Positions 1-10,100 of a DNA stretch of 64,000 nucleotides are shown one piece after another. Made by a program: the position numbers and the translations under genes. The notes under the pieces were generated by a model. That model ran no database searches. It saw only the letters and a program-made list of their open reading frames with translations, and had not been told where the DNA came from. Each line of letters begins with the position of its first letter. The first letter of the stretch is position 1. Source of the stretch: an uncultured bacterium (GTDB taxonomy: Bacteria; Krumholzibacteriota; Krumholzibacteriia; JACNKJ01); assembly GCA_963695095.1 (NCBI GenBank), contig CAVOFT010000001.1, positions 192,001-256,000 on the forward strand. The letters run 5' to 3'.

Positions 1-103
1 GCGCGATGTAGCCCGGCACGATGAGGCCGCCCGCCGCCAGGCCGAGCACCTCCGAGAAGACCAGGCTCACCACGAGACCGAGACCGATGGACTGGTAGAT
101 CAC
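1..103 (-). CDS. pgsC: Poly-gamma-glutamate biosynthesis membrane protein PgsC/CapC, 5' part (runs off window)
   Basis: Manual translation from GTG at 103: MIYQSIGLGLVVSLVFSEVLGLAAGGLIVPGYIA, the typical PgsC N-terminus (GGLIVPGY). Start overlaps the pgsB stop (GTGA). Confidence 0.9.
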   Translation of the reverse strand, partial: MIYQSIGLGLVVSLVFSEVLGLAAGGLIVPGYIA

Positions 104-1281
104 ACGCTCACCTCGCGACCTGCAGCGCAGCGACCCTCGACGAGGTCGAGCAGGTCCACGCCGACGCCGCCGATGTTCCCCAGGCCCACCAGGCGCACCC
201 GCGGGCCGCCGAGCTGCACCACCTTGGCCAGCACTGCGGACGCATTGCGCCCGCTCATGGCGACGAGCTTGGCCGCCGGCACGCCCCGCCGGCGCAGGAT
301 CTCGGCGAAGACATCGGTCTGCTCGCCGATGATCAGGTAGTAGGCGGCGCGGATCCTGTCCCCGAAGAGCGGCGCCAGGTCTTTGCTGCGCCGCATGCGA
401 TCCGCGCGAATGTTGATGAGGGCGATCGCCTCGTCCTCGTGTTCGGGCAAGCCCAGATGCTCCCAGACGAAGGCCGTGGACTCCGGGTCGTTGGCCGCGA
501 AGAGGTTCACGAACTCGATGTCGGTGTCGCCCTCGTGCCAGCGGTAGGGCAGGAGGGCGCCGATGTCGGGCTTGACCGTCCACATGCCGGCCAGGGCGCG
601 GGCCTTGTCCACACCGGCGGCCTCGCAGGCGGCCAGGGCCAGGGCCAGGTTCTCCGCGAACTCCACGTACTGGAAGCCGCGCAAGTCGTCTTCGCTCACC
701 GACGCCGGATCGCTCTGCACGAAGCGCGCGCCAAGCGACTTGGCCTTGGCGGCAAAGAGCTCGGCGTAGTCGTCCTCGGCGGTGATGAGCAGGCTGCCGC
801 GGGGCACGGTGCCGGCCAGGCTCTGGGCGACGTCCTGCATGCGCGGGCCCATGACTTCGAGGTGGTCCGGCCGCACGTTCGTGATGACGCCGATGGTGGA
901 CGCCACGATCTGGTGCTCGCAGACCCACTGCAGATCGGGCCGCACGGCCATGCACTCGAGCACGATGGCCTCGGCCTTCTCGTTGGCCGCGCGGCGGAAG
1001 ATGCGCAACTGCTCGCGGATGTTGGGCGCGCCGCGGCGGCGCACGGGGATCTCGCGGCCATCGGGGAGGATCACGCGGGCCGCCGAGCCCGTGGTCTTGG
1101 CGAAGGTGCGCACGCCGCCGCCGCGCAGGCCGGCCGCGATGAGGCGCGTCACCGAGCTCTTGCCCCGGCTGCCGTTGACATGGATGCGAATCGGGACGCG
1201 CCGGCGCACCAATCGATGGCGGACCGTCTCGGCGATACCGAGGGCGGCCAGCAGCACGAAGAGCAGCACGATCAGCGTCAT
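100..1281 (-). CDS. pgsB: Poly-gamma-glutamate synthase PgsB/CapB (Mur-ligase-like)
   Basis: N-terminal TM anchor; RIHVNGSRGKSSVTRLIAAGL, AKTTG, LECMAV.P, ITNVRPDHLEVMG and FAANDPEST motifs; adjacent to pgsC. Confidence 0.93.
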   Translation of the reverse strand: MTLIVLLFVLLAALGIAETVRHRLVRRRVPIRIHVNGSRGKSSVTRLIAAGLRGGGVRTFAKTTGSAARVILPDGREIPVRRRGAPNIREQLRIFRRAANEKAEAIVLECMAVRPDLQWVCEHQIVASTIGVITNVRPDHLEVMGPRMQDVAQSLAGTVPRGSLLITAEDDYAELFAAKAKSLGARFVQSDPASVSEDDLRGFQYVEFAENLALALAACEAAGVDKARALAGMWTVKPDIGALLPYRWHEGDTDIEFVNLFAANDPESTAFVWEHLGLPEHEDEAIALINIRADRMRRSKDLAPLFGDRIRAAYYLIIGEQTDVFAEILRRRGVPAAKLVAMSGRNASAVLAKVVQLGGPRVRLVGLGNIGGVGVDLLDLVEGRCAAGREVSV

Positions 1282-1353
1282 TGCCCGATTCCCGTAACGC
1301 GGGGAGGGTGGCGGTCCGGCGCCGCCGTCCCTGAGCCCAGCCGGCGATCCGCC

Positions 1354-4300
1354 CTAGTGGATCACCAGCAACTTGCGCGTGAGGACCCGGCCCCCCGCGT
1401 CCAGCCGGTAGAAGTAGATGCCCGCCGGCACCCGGCGGCCCGCCTCGTCGCGGCCGTCCCAGATGCGACTCGCCGGGCCGGCCGGCAGCGCGCCCTCGGC
1501 CAGCCGGCGCAGGAGGCGTCCGTTGGTGTCGTAGACCTTCAAGCTGCAAACCCCGGGCGCGGGCAACACGAAGTCGATGCGCGCGCTCTCCCGCATGGGG
1601 TTCGGGAGGCTTTGGCCGAGGCTGAGGCGCAGGCTGCTCGGCGCGTCTGCCGCCGCCAAGCTATGGAAGGGCCCGAGCGAGGAGATCAGCTCATAGGGAT
1701 GCAGGGCCTCGAGGCGGTAGACCTCGTCGCGCGCGGGGTCGGCGCCCGGATCCTCGCAGTGGCGGCGGCCGGGGGGCAGCTCGGCGACGAGCTGCTCGCC
1801 CGCCGGGCCGCTCCGCCACAGGCGCCAGCCGGTGACCGGCCGCGGGTCGCTGCTCGTCCAGGACAGGGCGAGGCCCGTCCCCGCCGCCTCGGCGCTGAAG
1901 CCGTCCAGGCGGTAGCGGTCGTAGACGGGCGGCTCGGTCGTCAGCTTGACGGCGAGCCCGGGGCTGGGCGGCAGCATGCCGGGCGTCGTCAGCCCCGAAT
2001 AGCTGAGCTCGAGGCCGATGGTCTCGGTGTCGTCCTCCATGCCGACGGTGGCATAGCCGCGCGCATAGTCGGAGTCGCTCACGAGGCGGTAGAAGAAGGC
2101 GATCTCGCCGTCACCGCTGGCCGTCGGGTGCATGGCCGGGTCGTAGAGCACGACCTCGAAGCTCTGCAGGTCGGTGATCTCCGGGCGGAAGTGGCGCACG
2201 CGGCTCCACTCCACGGTAAAGGTGCCGGCCGCCGCGTCCGCCTGCGTGTAGATGCCGTCGATGTACTCGCTGCCCGAGAGGCTGTCGGCGGCGATCACGG
2301 TGAGGTTGTCGTAGAAGGGTGCGATCACCGAGTGGTTGCCGTGCTGGTTGGGCAGGTTCCAGTTGTAGAAGTCGAACTGGCTGGCGTCGTCGAAGCTGAT
2401 CCAGCCGTTGTCCGAGACGCGGAGGCTGCTGACGGTCTTGCCGTAGTAGACGAAGTCGAAGGGCAGGGGCAGCATGGGCTGCACTTCGTTGTCGAAGTTG
2501 ACGACCAGCTTGGTGCCGCTGCCGCCGAAGAGCGGGCTCAACTCGCGCCAGGCATAGGCCGGCCGCTCGCTGTAGAAGAGGTCCGCGCTGTCGTAGGCGT
2601 AGTAGCCGTAGGCGTCGGGGCCCACCGGCGCGGCGGGATTCAGGAGGCCGGCGGTCAGGGCCAGGGGCAGGTCCACGCTGAAGCCCGCGTCATCCGTGAG
2701 CGTGAGCAGGAGCGGCAGGCTCTTGCCGTGGGGCACGTCGGCGGCCACGGCGAGGGTGAAGGGATTGCCTGCGTTGTCGCCCGTGGCGCCCAAGGCGAGC
2801 GCGGACCAGGCGCCATCGGCGTCCGACACGCTGCCGAGCGCGGGATCGAGCAGGGCCAGCGTGCCCGTCAGCGCGCCGGTGGCCAGGTGGCCCGTGTTGG
2901 TGAGCGCGAGCACGAGCTGCACGCTCTGGCCGGGCATGGCCTGGCCGGGATCGCCGAAGCTCGTGGCGGTGACGCTGAGGGCCGGCGCGACCACGGGCAG
3001 GATGAGATCGGAGTCGTCCTCGCTGCCGCCGCTGTGCTCGGCGGTGAGCGTGAAGCGCAAGCGCTGGCCGTCCTCCAGGGCGCTCGCGAGGGTGACGGTG
3101 AAGGGCGTCGCCGCCGCGGCCGTGCCGCCCGCGGCGATGTCGGCGAAGCTCGCGTCGGGCTGCTCCACGTCCGCGCCGCCGTGAGCGAGCAGGACGGCGG
3201 TCACGCCCGTGGCGTCCGCGTCACCGCCGTTGGCGAGCGTGACCGTGATGTCCAGGGTCTCGCCCGGCGAGGCCAGGCCGTCGCCGTTGCCGGCGGCGTC
3301 ATCGATGGCAGCGCTCGCCGCCGCGAGGAAGGCGCCGGCGGCCGTGGGACTCGCCGTGCCCTCGTAGGGAAGGCGGTCGGGATGGGTGACCGTGATCGCG
3401 AGCTCGCCCGTCGCGGCCACGCCCTGCGCGAGGCTGACATGGGCCAGGCCGCCCGCGTCGGAGAAGGCCGTGCCGAGGAGGGTCTCGCCCTGCACGACGC
3501 CAACGCGGGCGCCGGCGAGCAGCGAGCCGCCGGCCTCGCGGACCGTCACCTCGAGGCTGTTCACGCCGGCGTGGATCGTGGCCGGGTGGGTCACGACGAG
3601 CGCGGTCGGCGCCGCGCGCCAGATGTTCAGCTCCGGATCGCCGAGCAGGTTGTAGATGTGGACGTAGAACTCCACGGACTCCTCGTTGCCGGTCTCGTCG
3701 AGCTGGTGCGGGAAGTAGTCCATGAAGCGCAGCTTGCTGGCGAGGGCGAGCTGGCCCAGATCGCGAATCTCCGGCTCGTCGATCTTCTCGGCGAAGGCGA
3801 TGGCCATGGCGTCGTTGAAGCGCGTGTGGCTCCAGTGTTCGCCATTGCCGATGAAGGCCACGGCGCCGCGGCCCTGCGTGGGCGTGCCGGCCTTCAGCCA
3901 GACCTCGCCGAAGCAGTCCTCGTTGGCCTTGAAGTTGCCGTTGAGGCAGACGAAGCTCATCACCACCGGCGTCATGCCCGTGTTGGTGAGGGCGGGGATG
4001 TCGTTCACGATGAAGTGCGGCGGCTCCCAGCCGGCGGTGCCGTAGGCCCAGCCGCGATAGGCGACCATGCCCACGCCGCTGTTGATGGTCTGCGCGATCA
4101 GCGAGACGCCGTTGAAGACGGGCGGGAAGTAGACGCCGTCGAAGGGCGGCAGATAGGTGAAGGCGTTCTCGAAGCCGAGGCTGTCGAGCTGCTCGCCGAA
4201 GAACTGCACCGTGCTGATGGGCGTCTCCGACCCGAAGTTGCCGGCCACCATGAGGTAGCGGTTCATCCAGTCGGGGTTGGCGCCGGCCGGGGCGCGCTCG

Positions 4301-5127
4301 TAGGCCACCGTCTTGGCGACGATGGTCGCCACCTCGTAGGAGGAGTTGACGGGCATGCGGCCGAGGAAGAGATCGGGCAGCCAGTCGCCGGTGTCCATGA
4401 GCGCGTAGGGCAGGTCCGTGGGATTGTCGCTCATGTCCCAGGTGGGGATGTCGTCGACATCGCCCACGATGAGCAGGTACTCGGGCGGATTGGCCCAGTT
4501 CGCATAGGCGTTGCGGATCCAGGCCTGGATGGCGATCGTCGAGCCGCCGGTCTGGGCCGTGGTCGCCACGCGCACCTCGAAGCCCTTGCGGCGCTTCCAG
4601 TCGACGAGGGGCGCCAGGGCGTCCACGTACTGCGGCACGGTGATGATGAGATAGCTGCCGCTGGCGCTCTCCGTGCGGAAGTCCGGCGGCAGGGTCTCCG
4701 CGAGCAGGGCGGCGAAGCCCCGCGCGGGGCGGCGGGCCGCGGCCCGGGTCCAGTCCCCGTCGTGCGCCAGCTCCACGCGCAGGTCCTGGGCAGCGCTGAG
4801 ATCGCCCTCGAGCGACAGCAAGGCCACGGGCAGGCCACCGAGGCGGCCGAGGATCCGCGCCCTGGCGCTGGCGCCCGCCGGCCCCGCGGCCAGGCGGGCC
4901 GCGGCCCAGGTGGCATCGGGCGGCAGGGCCACCAGGCGAGCGCCGGTGCTCGGGGAGTCCGCGGAGCGATCACCGGCCGAGCCGGTGAAGCTCAACAGGC
5001 TGCGATCGGGGAGGATCTCGACATGGCTGACCAGGGCTTGCTGGACGGGCGCTGCGGCGGCGACCCCGAGGGCCGCCGCGGCAGTCAGTCCGCTTCCGAG
5101 AGCAAGCGCCGCGAGCGCGCGCTTCAT
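1354..5127 (-). CDS. Gingipain-like peptidase C25 family protein with Ig-like domains and C-terminal FlgD-Ig/T9SS-like tail
   Basis: Signal peptide; YLIIT...L..WK..KG, YLLIVGD, D..PDLFLGRMP, VC.NGNF, YNLLGDPEL; GPDAYGYYAYD module; PNP...WDGRD...GIYFYRL...KLLVIH tail. Confidence 0.88.
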   Translation of the reverse strand: MKRALAALALGSGLTAAAALGVAAAAPVQQALVSHVEILPDRSLLSFTGSAGDRSADSPSTGARLVALPPDATWAAARLAAGPAGASARARILGRLGGLPVALLSLEGDLSAAQDLRVELAHDGDWTRAAARRPARGFAALLAETLPPDFRTESASGSYLIITVPQYVDALAPLVDWKRRKGFEVRVATTAQTGGSTIAIQAWIRNAYANWANPPEYLLIVGDVDDIPTWDMSDNPTDLPYALMDTGDWLPDLFLGRMPVNSSYEVATIVAKTVAYERAPAGANPDWMNRYLMVAGNFGSETPISTVQFFGEQLDSLGFENAFTYLPPFDGVYFPPVFNGVSLIAQTINSGVGMVAYRGWAYGTAGWEPPHFIVNDIPALTNTGMTPVVMSFVCLNGNFKANEDCFGEVWLKAGTPTQGRGAVAFIGNGEHWSHTRFNDAMAIAFAEKIDEPEIRDLGQLALASKLRFMDYFPHQLDETGNEESVEFYVHIYNLLGDPELNIWRAAPTALVVTHPATIHAGVNSLEVTVREAGGSLLAGARVGVVQGETLLGTAFSDAGGLAHVSLAQGVAATGELAITVTHPDRLPYEGTASPTAAGAFLAAASAAIDDAAGNGDGLASPGETLDITVTLANGGDADATGVTAVLLAHGGADVEQPDASFADIAAGGTAAAATPFTVTLASALEDGQRLRFTLTAEHSGGSEDDSDLILPVVAPALSVTATSFGDPGQAMPGQSVQLVLALTNTGHLATGALTGTLALLDPALGSVSDADGAWSALALGATGDNAGNPFTLAVAADVPHGKSLPLLLTLTDDAGFSVDLPLALTAGLLNPAAPVGPDAYGYYAYDSADLFYSERPAYAWRELSPLFGGSGTKLVVNFDNEVQPMLPLPFDFVYYGKTVSSLRVSDNGWISFDDASQFDFYNWNLPNQHGNHSVIAPFYDNLTVIAADSLSGSEYIDGIYTQADAAAGTFTVEWSRVRHFRPEITDLQSFEVVLYDPAMHPTASGDGEIAFFYRLVSDSDYARGYATVGMEDDTETIGLELSYSGLTTPGMLPPSPGLAVKLTTEPPVYDRYRLDGFSAEAAGTGLALSWTSSDPRPVTGWRLWRSGPAGEQLVAELPPGRRHCEDPGADPARDEVYRLEALHPYELISSLGPFHSLAAADAPSSLRLSLGQSLPNPMRESARIDFVLPAPGVCSLKVYDTNGRLLRRLAEGALPAGPASRIWDGRDEAGRRVPAGIYFYRLDAGGRVLTRKLLVIH

Positions 5128-6791
5128 TATTTGACCAGTATCATCCGTCTCGATTGGGTTTCGCCGAGGGCGTCCAAGGAGTAGAAGTAGACGCCGCTCG
5201 CCGCGGGCTTGCCCCGGTCGTCGCGGCCGTCCCAGACGACCTGGTGACTACCGGCCGCCAGCGTTCCCTGGGGAAGCGTGGCGATCCGGCGGCCCGCGAG
5301 GTCGTGGACGCGGATGCTAGCAACTCCGGGTGCATCAAGCACGAAGAATATGGTCGTCTTCGGGTTGAAGGGGTTGGGCGCATTGCCCACCAGGCGCGCG
5401 GCGGCCTGGGGCAGTTCGCCGACGCCGGTCTCGCAGCCCGTGCCGATGGCGCCGATGAGTTCGCCGTCGCAGGCCGCGGGGCCGTTCGGGTGATTGCCCG
5501 GCATGCAGGGGCTGCCGGCGGCGATGGCGCCGACGGCGGCATCGCGCAGGCCGACCGGCACGCAGAATTCGGGATCCAGCGAGAAGTTGCCGCCCCCGTC
5601 CGTGCCGCAGAGGGCGTCGCCTCCCGCATTGCCCCAGACGTCCGAGCAGCTGATCGTCGGGTTCGCGCTCAGGCAGTAGATGCCCAGCCCGCGCTCGCTC
5701 TCGGCGATGATGCACTTGTCGATGATGGCGTCGCCGCCGAACTGGCAAGCGATGTTGCCGCCGTAGACATCCGGGTTGGCGCTGAGCGTGTTGCCGGCGA
5801 TCGTGCAGTGGCGGATCGTCGGCACCGGGCTGTAATTCACGCAGACGCCGCCGCCCTCGGCCCAGAAGCCGGAGGCCGCATTGCCCACGATCACGAGGTA
5901 CTCGAGCAGAGGCGTGGAGCCGTCCACGTGGATGCCCCCACCCAGCCCGTAGGTGTAGACCGCGCTGTTGTTCTGCACGAGGCAGTGGCTCATGGTGCCG
6001 GCGGCGCCGTTCATGAAGGCGATGCCGCCGCCATAGCCCTGGGTGCTGTTGCCGGACAGGACGCAGTTGGTGATCAGGGGCGCGGCCTCGAGGCAGAGGA
6101 TGGCCCCGCCGCTGCCGAAGGCCGCGTTGGTGGAGTTCCCCTCGAAGGTGCAGCCATCGAGGATCGCGTTGCAATTGGCGCGGATGATCAGGGCGCCGCC
6201 GGCGGGCGAGGAGTTGCCCTGGAAATAGGAGTCGTAGCACTGGGTGTCGCTGGCCTCCTCGATGGCCAGGCCGCCGCCCTGCTTGCCGACGTTGCCGATG
6301 AAGTCCATCCGGCGCAGCACGGGGGCGGAGTTGTTGATGCAGATGACGCCGCCGTCGGTGTTGCCCTGGATCTTGACGTCGTTCACCTCGACGCTCGCGT
6401 CCACCTGGCGCATCAGGATGCCCGCGCCGTAGACGGTGGCGAAGGCGCCGCGCACCTGGAGCTGCTCGATGCGCACGTTGCTGACCAGTTCCACGAAGAT
6501 GCCGCGGCCGAGGCCCTGGGCGTCGATGATCGTGGCGTCCTTGCCGGCGCCGCGCAGGGTCACCCCCGTCTTCATGATCACCGAGGCCGGAGTGGAGCCG
6601 GCGCCCTCGGTCTCGTGCGTGCAGTCGTGGTAGGTGCCGGCGGCGACCTGGACCGTGTCCCCCGCCGGGCAGGCCTGGACGGCCGCATGAATGGTGCTGT
6701 AGTCGCCGGGGACGTTGATGACGCCGCCCTGCGCCAGGCTCGCCGCGAGGGCGAGCAGGGCGAGCGGCAGTAGCCCGAGCATTCTTCTCAT
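5127..6791 (-). CDS. Secreted right-handed parallel beta-helix (pectin-lyase-like/Pmp-repeat) protein with FlgD-Ig tail
   Basis: Likely start ATG 6791 (MRRMLGLLPLALLALAASLAQG); VPGDYSTIHAAV; repeated GGG/GGA(I/L) and F.GN repeats; DPEFC; PNPFNP tail. Stop overlaps the next start (TAATG). Confidence 0.82.
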   Translation of the reverse strand: MRRMLGLLPLALLALAASLAQGGVINVPGDYSTIHAAVQACPAGDTVQVAAGTYHDCTHETEGAGSTPASVIMKTGVTLRGAGKDATIIDAQGLGRGIFVELVSNVRIEQLQVRGAFATVYGAGILMRQVDASVEVNDVKIQGNTDGGVICINNSAPVLRRMDFIGNVGKQGGGLAIEEASDTQCYDSYFQGNSSPAGGALIIRANCNAILDGCTFEGNSTNAAFGSGGAILCLEAAPLITNCVLSGNSTQGYGGGIAFMNGAAGTMSHCLVQNNSAVYTYGLGGGIHVDGSTPLLEYLVIVGNAASGFWAEGGGVCVNYSPVPTIRHCTIAGNTLSANPDVYGGNIACQFGGDAIIDKCIIAESERGLGIYCLSANPTISCSDVWGNAGGDALCGTDGGGNFSLDPEFCVPVGLRDAAVGAIAAGSPCMPGNHPNGPAACDGELIGAIGTGCETGVGELPQAAARLVGNAPNPFNPKTTIFFVLDAPGVASIRVHDLAGRRIATLPQGTLAAGSHQVVWDGRDDRGKPAASGVYFYSLDALGETQSRRMILVK

Positions 6792-7105
6792 CGTGGAGTC
6801 CCTCCCGGGAGCGTGAATGGGGATCGAAATCTGGAGATGACAGGCTTTAATTCTAACACAGGGGTTGAGGGCATGGCCAATCTTGCGCTTTCGCAAAGGG
6901 TGCCGGGATATCCCCTGGTGCCGCCTGGCTCCTCCGCCAGGATTGTTTCCCTTATCTGAATTTCTAAGCTCCCAAGACCGGTGTCGACAGCCAAACACCC
7001 GATCATGTACAATTGAGCGGACATTTCGGCCCGCCAAGTCCGGATGCCCTGCTGGGGGCGGCCGAAACCTTGCCACCCTCTCCGTCGATGCTACTGGAGG
7101 CACCC

Positions 7106-10100
7106 ATGCGCAGGCTTCTCGGGCTCTTCGCCATTGCCATCCTGTCCCTGGTTCCCACCGCCCAGGCGACGACCCAGCCGCAGCAGCTGATCCTGCTCCC
7201 CGGGTCGGAGGACCCCGCGCCCGCGCTGCGGCTGACCGCCGAGGCCGGCGACCGGCTGGAGCTCGAGTTCACGCTACCCGCTCTACAAATGGAGGACATC
7301 GCCCTCGATGGCCAGAGCTTCCAGGCCCTGGCCATCGCTGGAGGCGGCCTGGTCGGCGAGGAAGGCCGTGCCGCGCTGCCCACCTTCAGCCGCCTCGTGG
7401 CCGTGCCGGTGGGGATGGCCGTGAGCGCGCGCGTGGTCGCCAGCGAGGAGGCGGCCTTCGCGGGCTATCGGCCCCTGCCCATGCAGCCGGCCGAGGCGAA
7501 GACCCCCGTCATCGACCGCGCCTGGTACAGCGGCGGCGAGGCCCAGCGACTGCCCCTGGTCCAGGTGGGCGAGCCGGCCATCATGCACGGCCAGCGCCTG
7601 GTGCCCGTCTCCGTGAATCCCGTCTCCTGGAGCCCGGCCAGCGGCACCCTGACGGTGGCCAGCCGCGTCCGGGTCGAGCTGGAGTTCAGCGGCAGCGATC
7701 TGCGCGCGACGCCTCGCGAGCGGGACTACATTCCCGCGTCCTTCGACAACCTGTTCCGGGACCTCCTGCTCGGCTACCGCGCGGGCGAGGCCCAGGTGGG
7801 ACCGGGCACCTACCTCGTGATCGTCCGCAATGACGCCAGCATGCTCAGCGCCATCGAACCGCTCCTCCAGTGGCGGCGCCAGCAGGGCTACAACGTCGTC
7901 GTGGAGACGAACGGCGCCAGCGGCACCACGGTCATCAAGAACAGCATCCTGAGCCACTACAACAACGACGACCCGCCGCTCGAGTTCGTGACCCTCGTCG
8001 GCGACGCCACCGGTACCTACGCCGTGGCCACCTTCCACGAGTCCTACTCCGGCTACGGTGGCGAAGGCGACAACGAGTACTCCCTGCTCGAGGGCGGCGA
8101 CTGGTTGCCCGACGTGCACATCGGCCGCCTGACCTGCGACAGCCCGACCAACCTGACCGCCATCGTCACGAAGATCCTCGGCTACGAGCAGACGCCCCCG
8201 ACGGCCGACGCCGGCTGGTTCTCCCGCGGCGTCTGCGTGGGCGACCCCGGCTCCTCGGGGATCACCTGCGTCTGGGTGAACCAGTGGCTGGCCGATCAGC
8301 TCTGGGCCAAGGGCTACACGAGCGTCACCGAGGTCTACAGCGGCAACTTCGCCACCCAGATGATCACGGCCATCAACGCCGGCAGCTCGGTCTTCGCCTA
8401 CCGCGGCTACTGGAACATGAGCGGACTCACCGAAAGCGGCATCCTGGGCACCGCCAATAGCGGGAAGCTGCCCTACGCCGTCATCCCCACCTGCGACACC
8501 GGCTCCTTCGAGTCGGATGCCACCTGCCGCTCCGAGGCCTTCCTCAAGGACACGAACGGCGGTGGCATCGGCGCCGTCGGCACGGCGACACTCGGCACCC
8601 ACACCCGCTACAACAACTGCTACTTCATGGGCAACTGGGAAGGCGTGATCAACGGCAGCGACCACCACATCGGCTCCGGTCACACGCGGGGCAAAGTGGC
8701 GCTGTTCAACAACTACATGAACTACGAGAACAACCAGGTCTACATCTGGTCCACCTGGAACAACCTCATGGGCGATCCGGCCTCCGATATGTGGACCAGC
8801 TATCCCGGCACGGTGACGGCGACTTATCCGGCCACGGTGCCGGTGGGCGCCAACTCCATCGCCGTGCACGTGACCAGCGGCGGCAGCTCCCTGGCCGGCG
8901 CCCTGGTCAGCCTCTACAAGGCCGGCGAGCTGCGCTCGGTGGGCTACACGGATGCCGGCGGCAACGTCAACCTGCCGGTCTCCGGCGTCACCGCGGGCAC
9001 CCTGAACGTCACCGTGACCAAGCACGACTACTTCCCCCACCGGGGCACGCTGACCCTGGGCAGCGTCGGCACCTATCTGGCCTTCGGCGGCGTCACCATC
9101 GATGACGACACGGTCGGCAGCAGCAGCGGCAACGGTGACCACATCGTCAACCCCGGCGAGACGCTCGAGCTGCCGGTGGCCCTGCGCAACCTGGGCACAA
9201 CGACGGCGAGCGGCGTCACCGCGACGATCAGCACGGGCAACCCCTATGTCACGGTGATCGACGGCGCGGAGACCTACAGCAACATCGCCGCCGGCGCCAC
9301 CGTCTGGAGCGCCGAGGACTTCGACGTGGCGATCGCGGCCAGCGCCCCGGACGGTGCCACGCTGGACCTGGACCTGAAGGCGACGAGCGGCGCCGGCAGC
9401 TGGACCAGCCTCGTCCGCCTGACGGTGCAGAGCGCCGCTTTCAACTACCAGAGCTATGTCTGGAGCGGCGGCGGCGGCACCCTGGACCCGGGCGAGACCG
9501 GCAGCCTCACCGTGAGCCTGCAGAACACGGGCAGCGTCGGGGCCGGCTCCGTGACGGCAACGCTGGCCAGCGCCAGCCCCTGGATAACGATCACCGATGC
9601 GGCCGGCAGCTACGGCACGGTGGGGATCGGCGGCTCGGCCACCAACACCGGCAATCCCTTCGCCTTCAGCGTCTCCTCGGACTGCTTCCAGGGCCACCTG
9701 GCCAGCTTCACGCTGACGCTGAGCTTCGACGGCGGGCGCCAGGACCTGGTGGAGTTCAACCTGCCCGTCGGCACGGGCAGCACGGACGACCCCCTCGGCC
9801 CGGATGTCTACGGCTACTATGCCTTCGACAACACGGACACGAGCTATCCCTGGGCGCCCACCTACGCGTGGGTGGAGATCTCGGGCGTGGGGACGGACGT
9901 CAATCTCACCGACCTGGGCTGGGAGCAGGACGACACCAACCTCGTCAACCTGCCCTTCACCTTCACCTACTATGGTCAGGATTTCACCCAGGTCTCGATC
10001 TGCTCGAACGGCTGGATCGCGATGGGCGCCACCGACATGGTGAGCTATCGCAACTGGTCGATTCCGGCGGCGGGCAATCCCGACGCCATGATCGCCGGCT

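Noticed and set aside
439..5184. 1581-aa plus-strand ORF, and similar giant antisense ORFs (7283-11827, 29559-32900, 39923-41539, 44021-45571, 51471-54968, 55423-60015)
   Set aside because: Shadow frames of real genes in high-GC DNA; no motifs, and they mirror the opposite-strand coding sequence.
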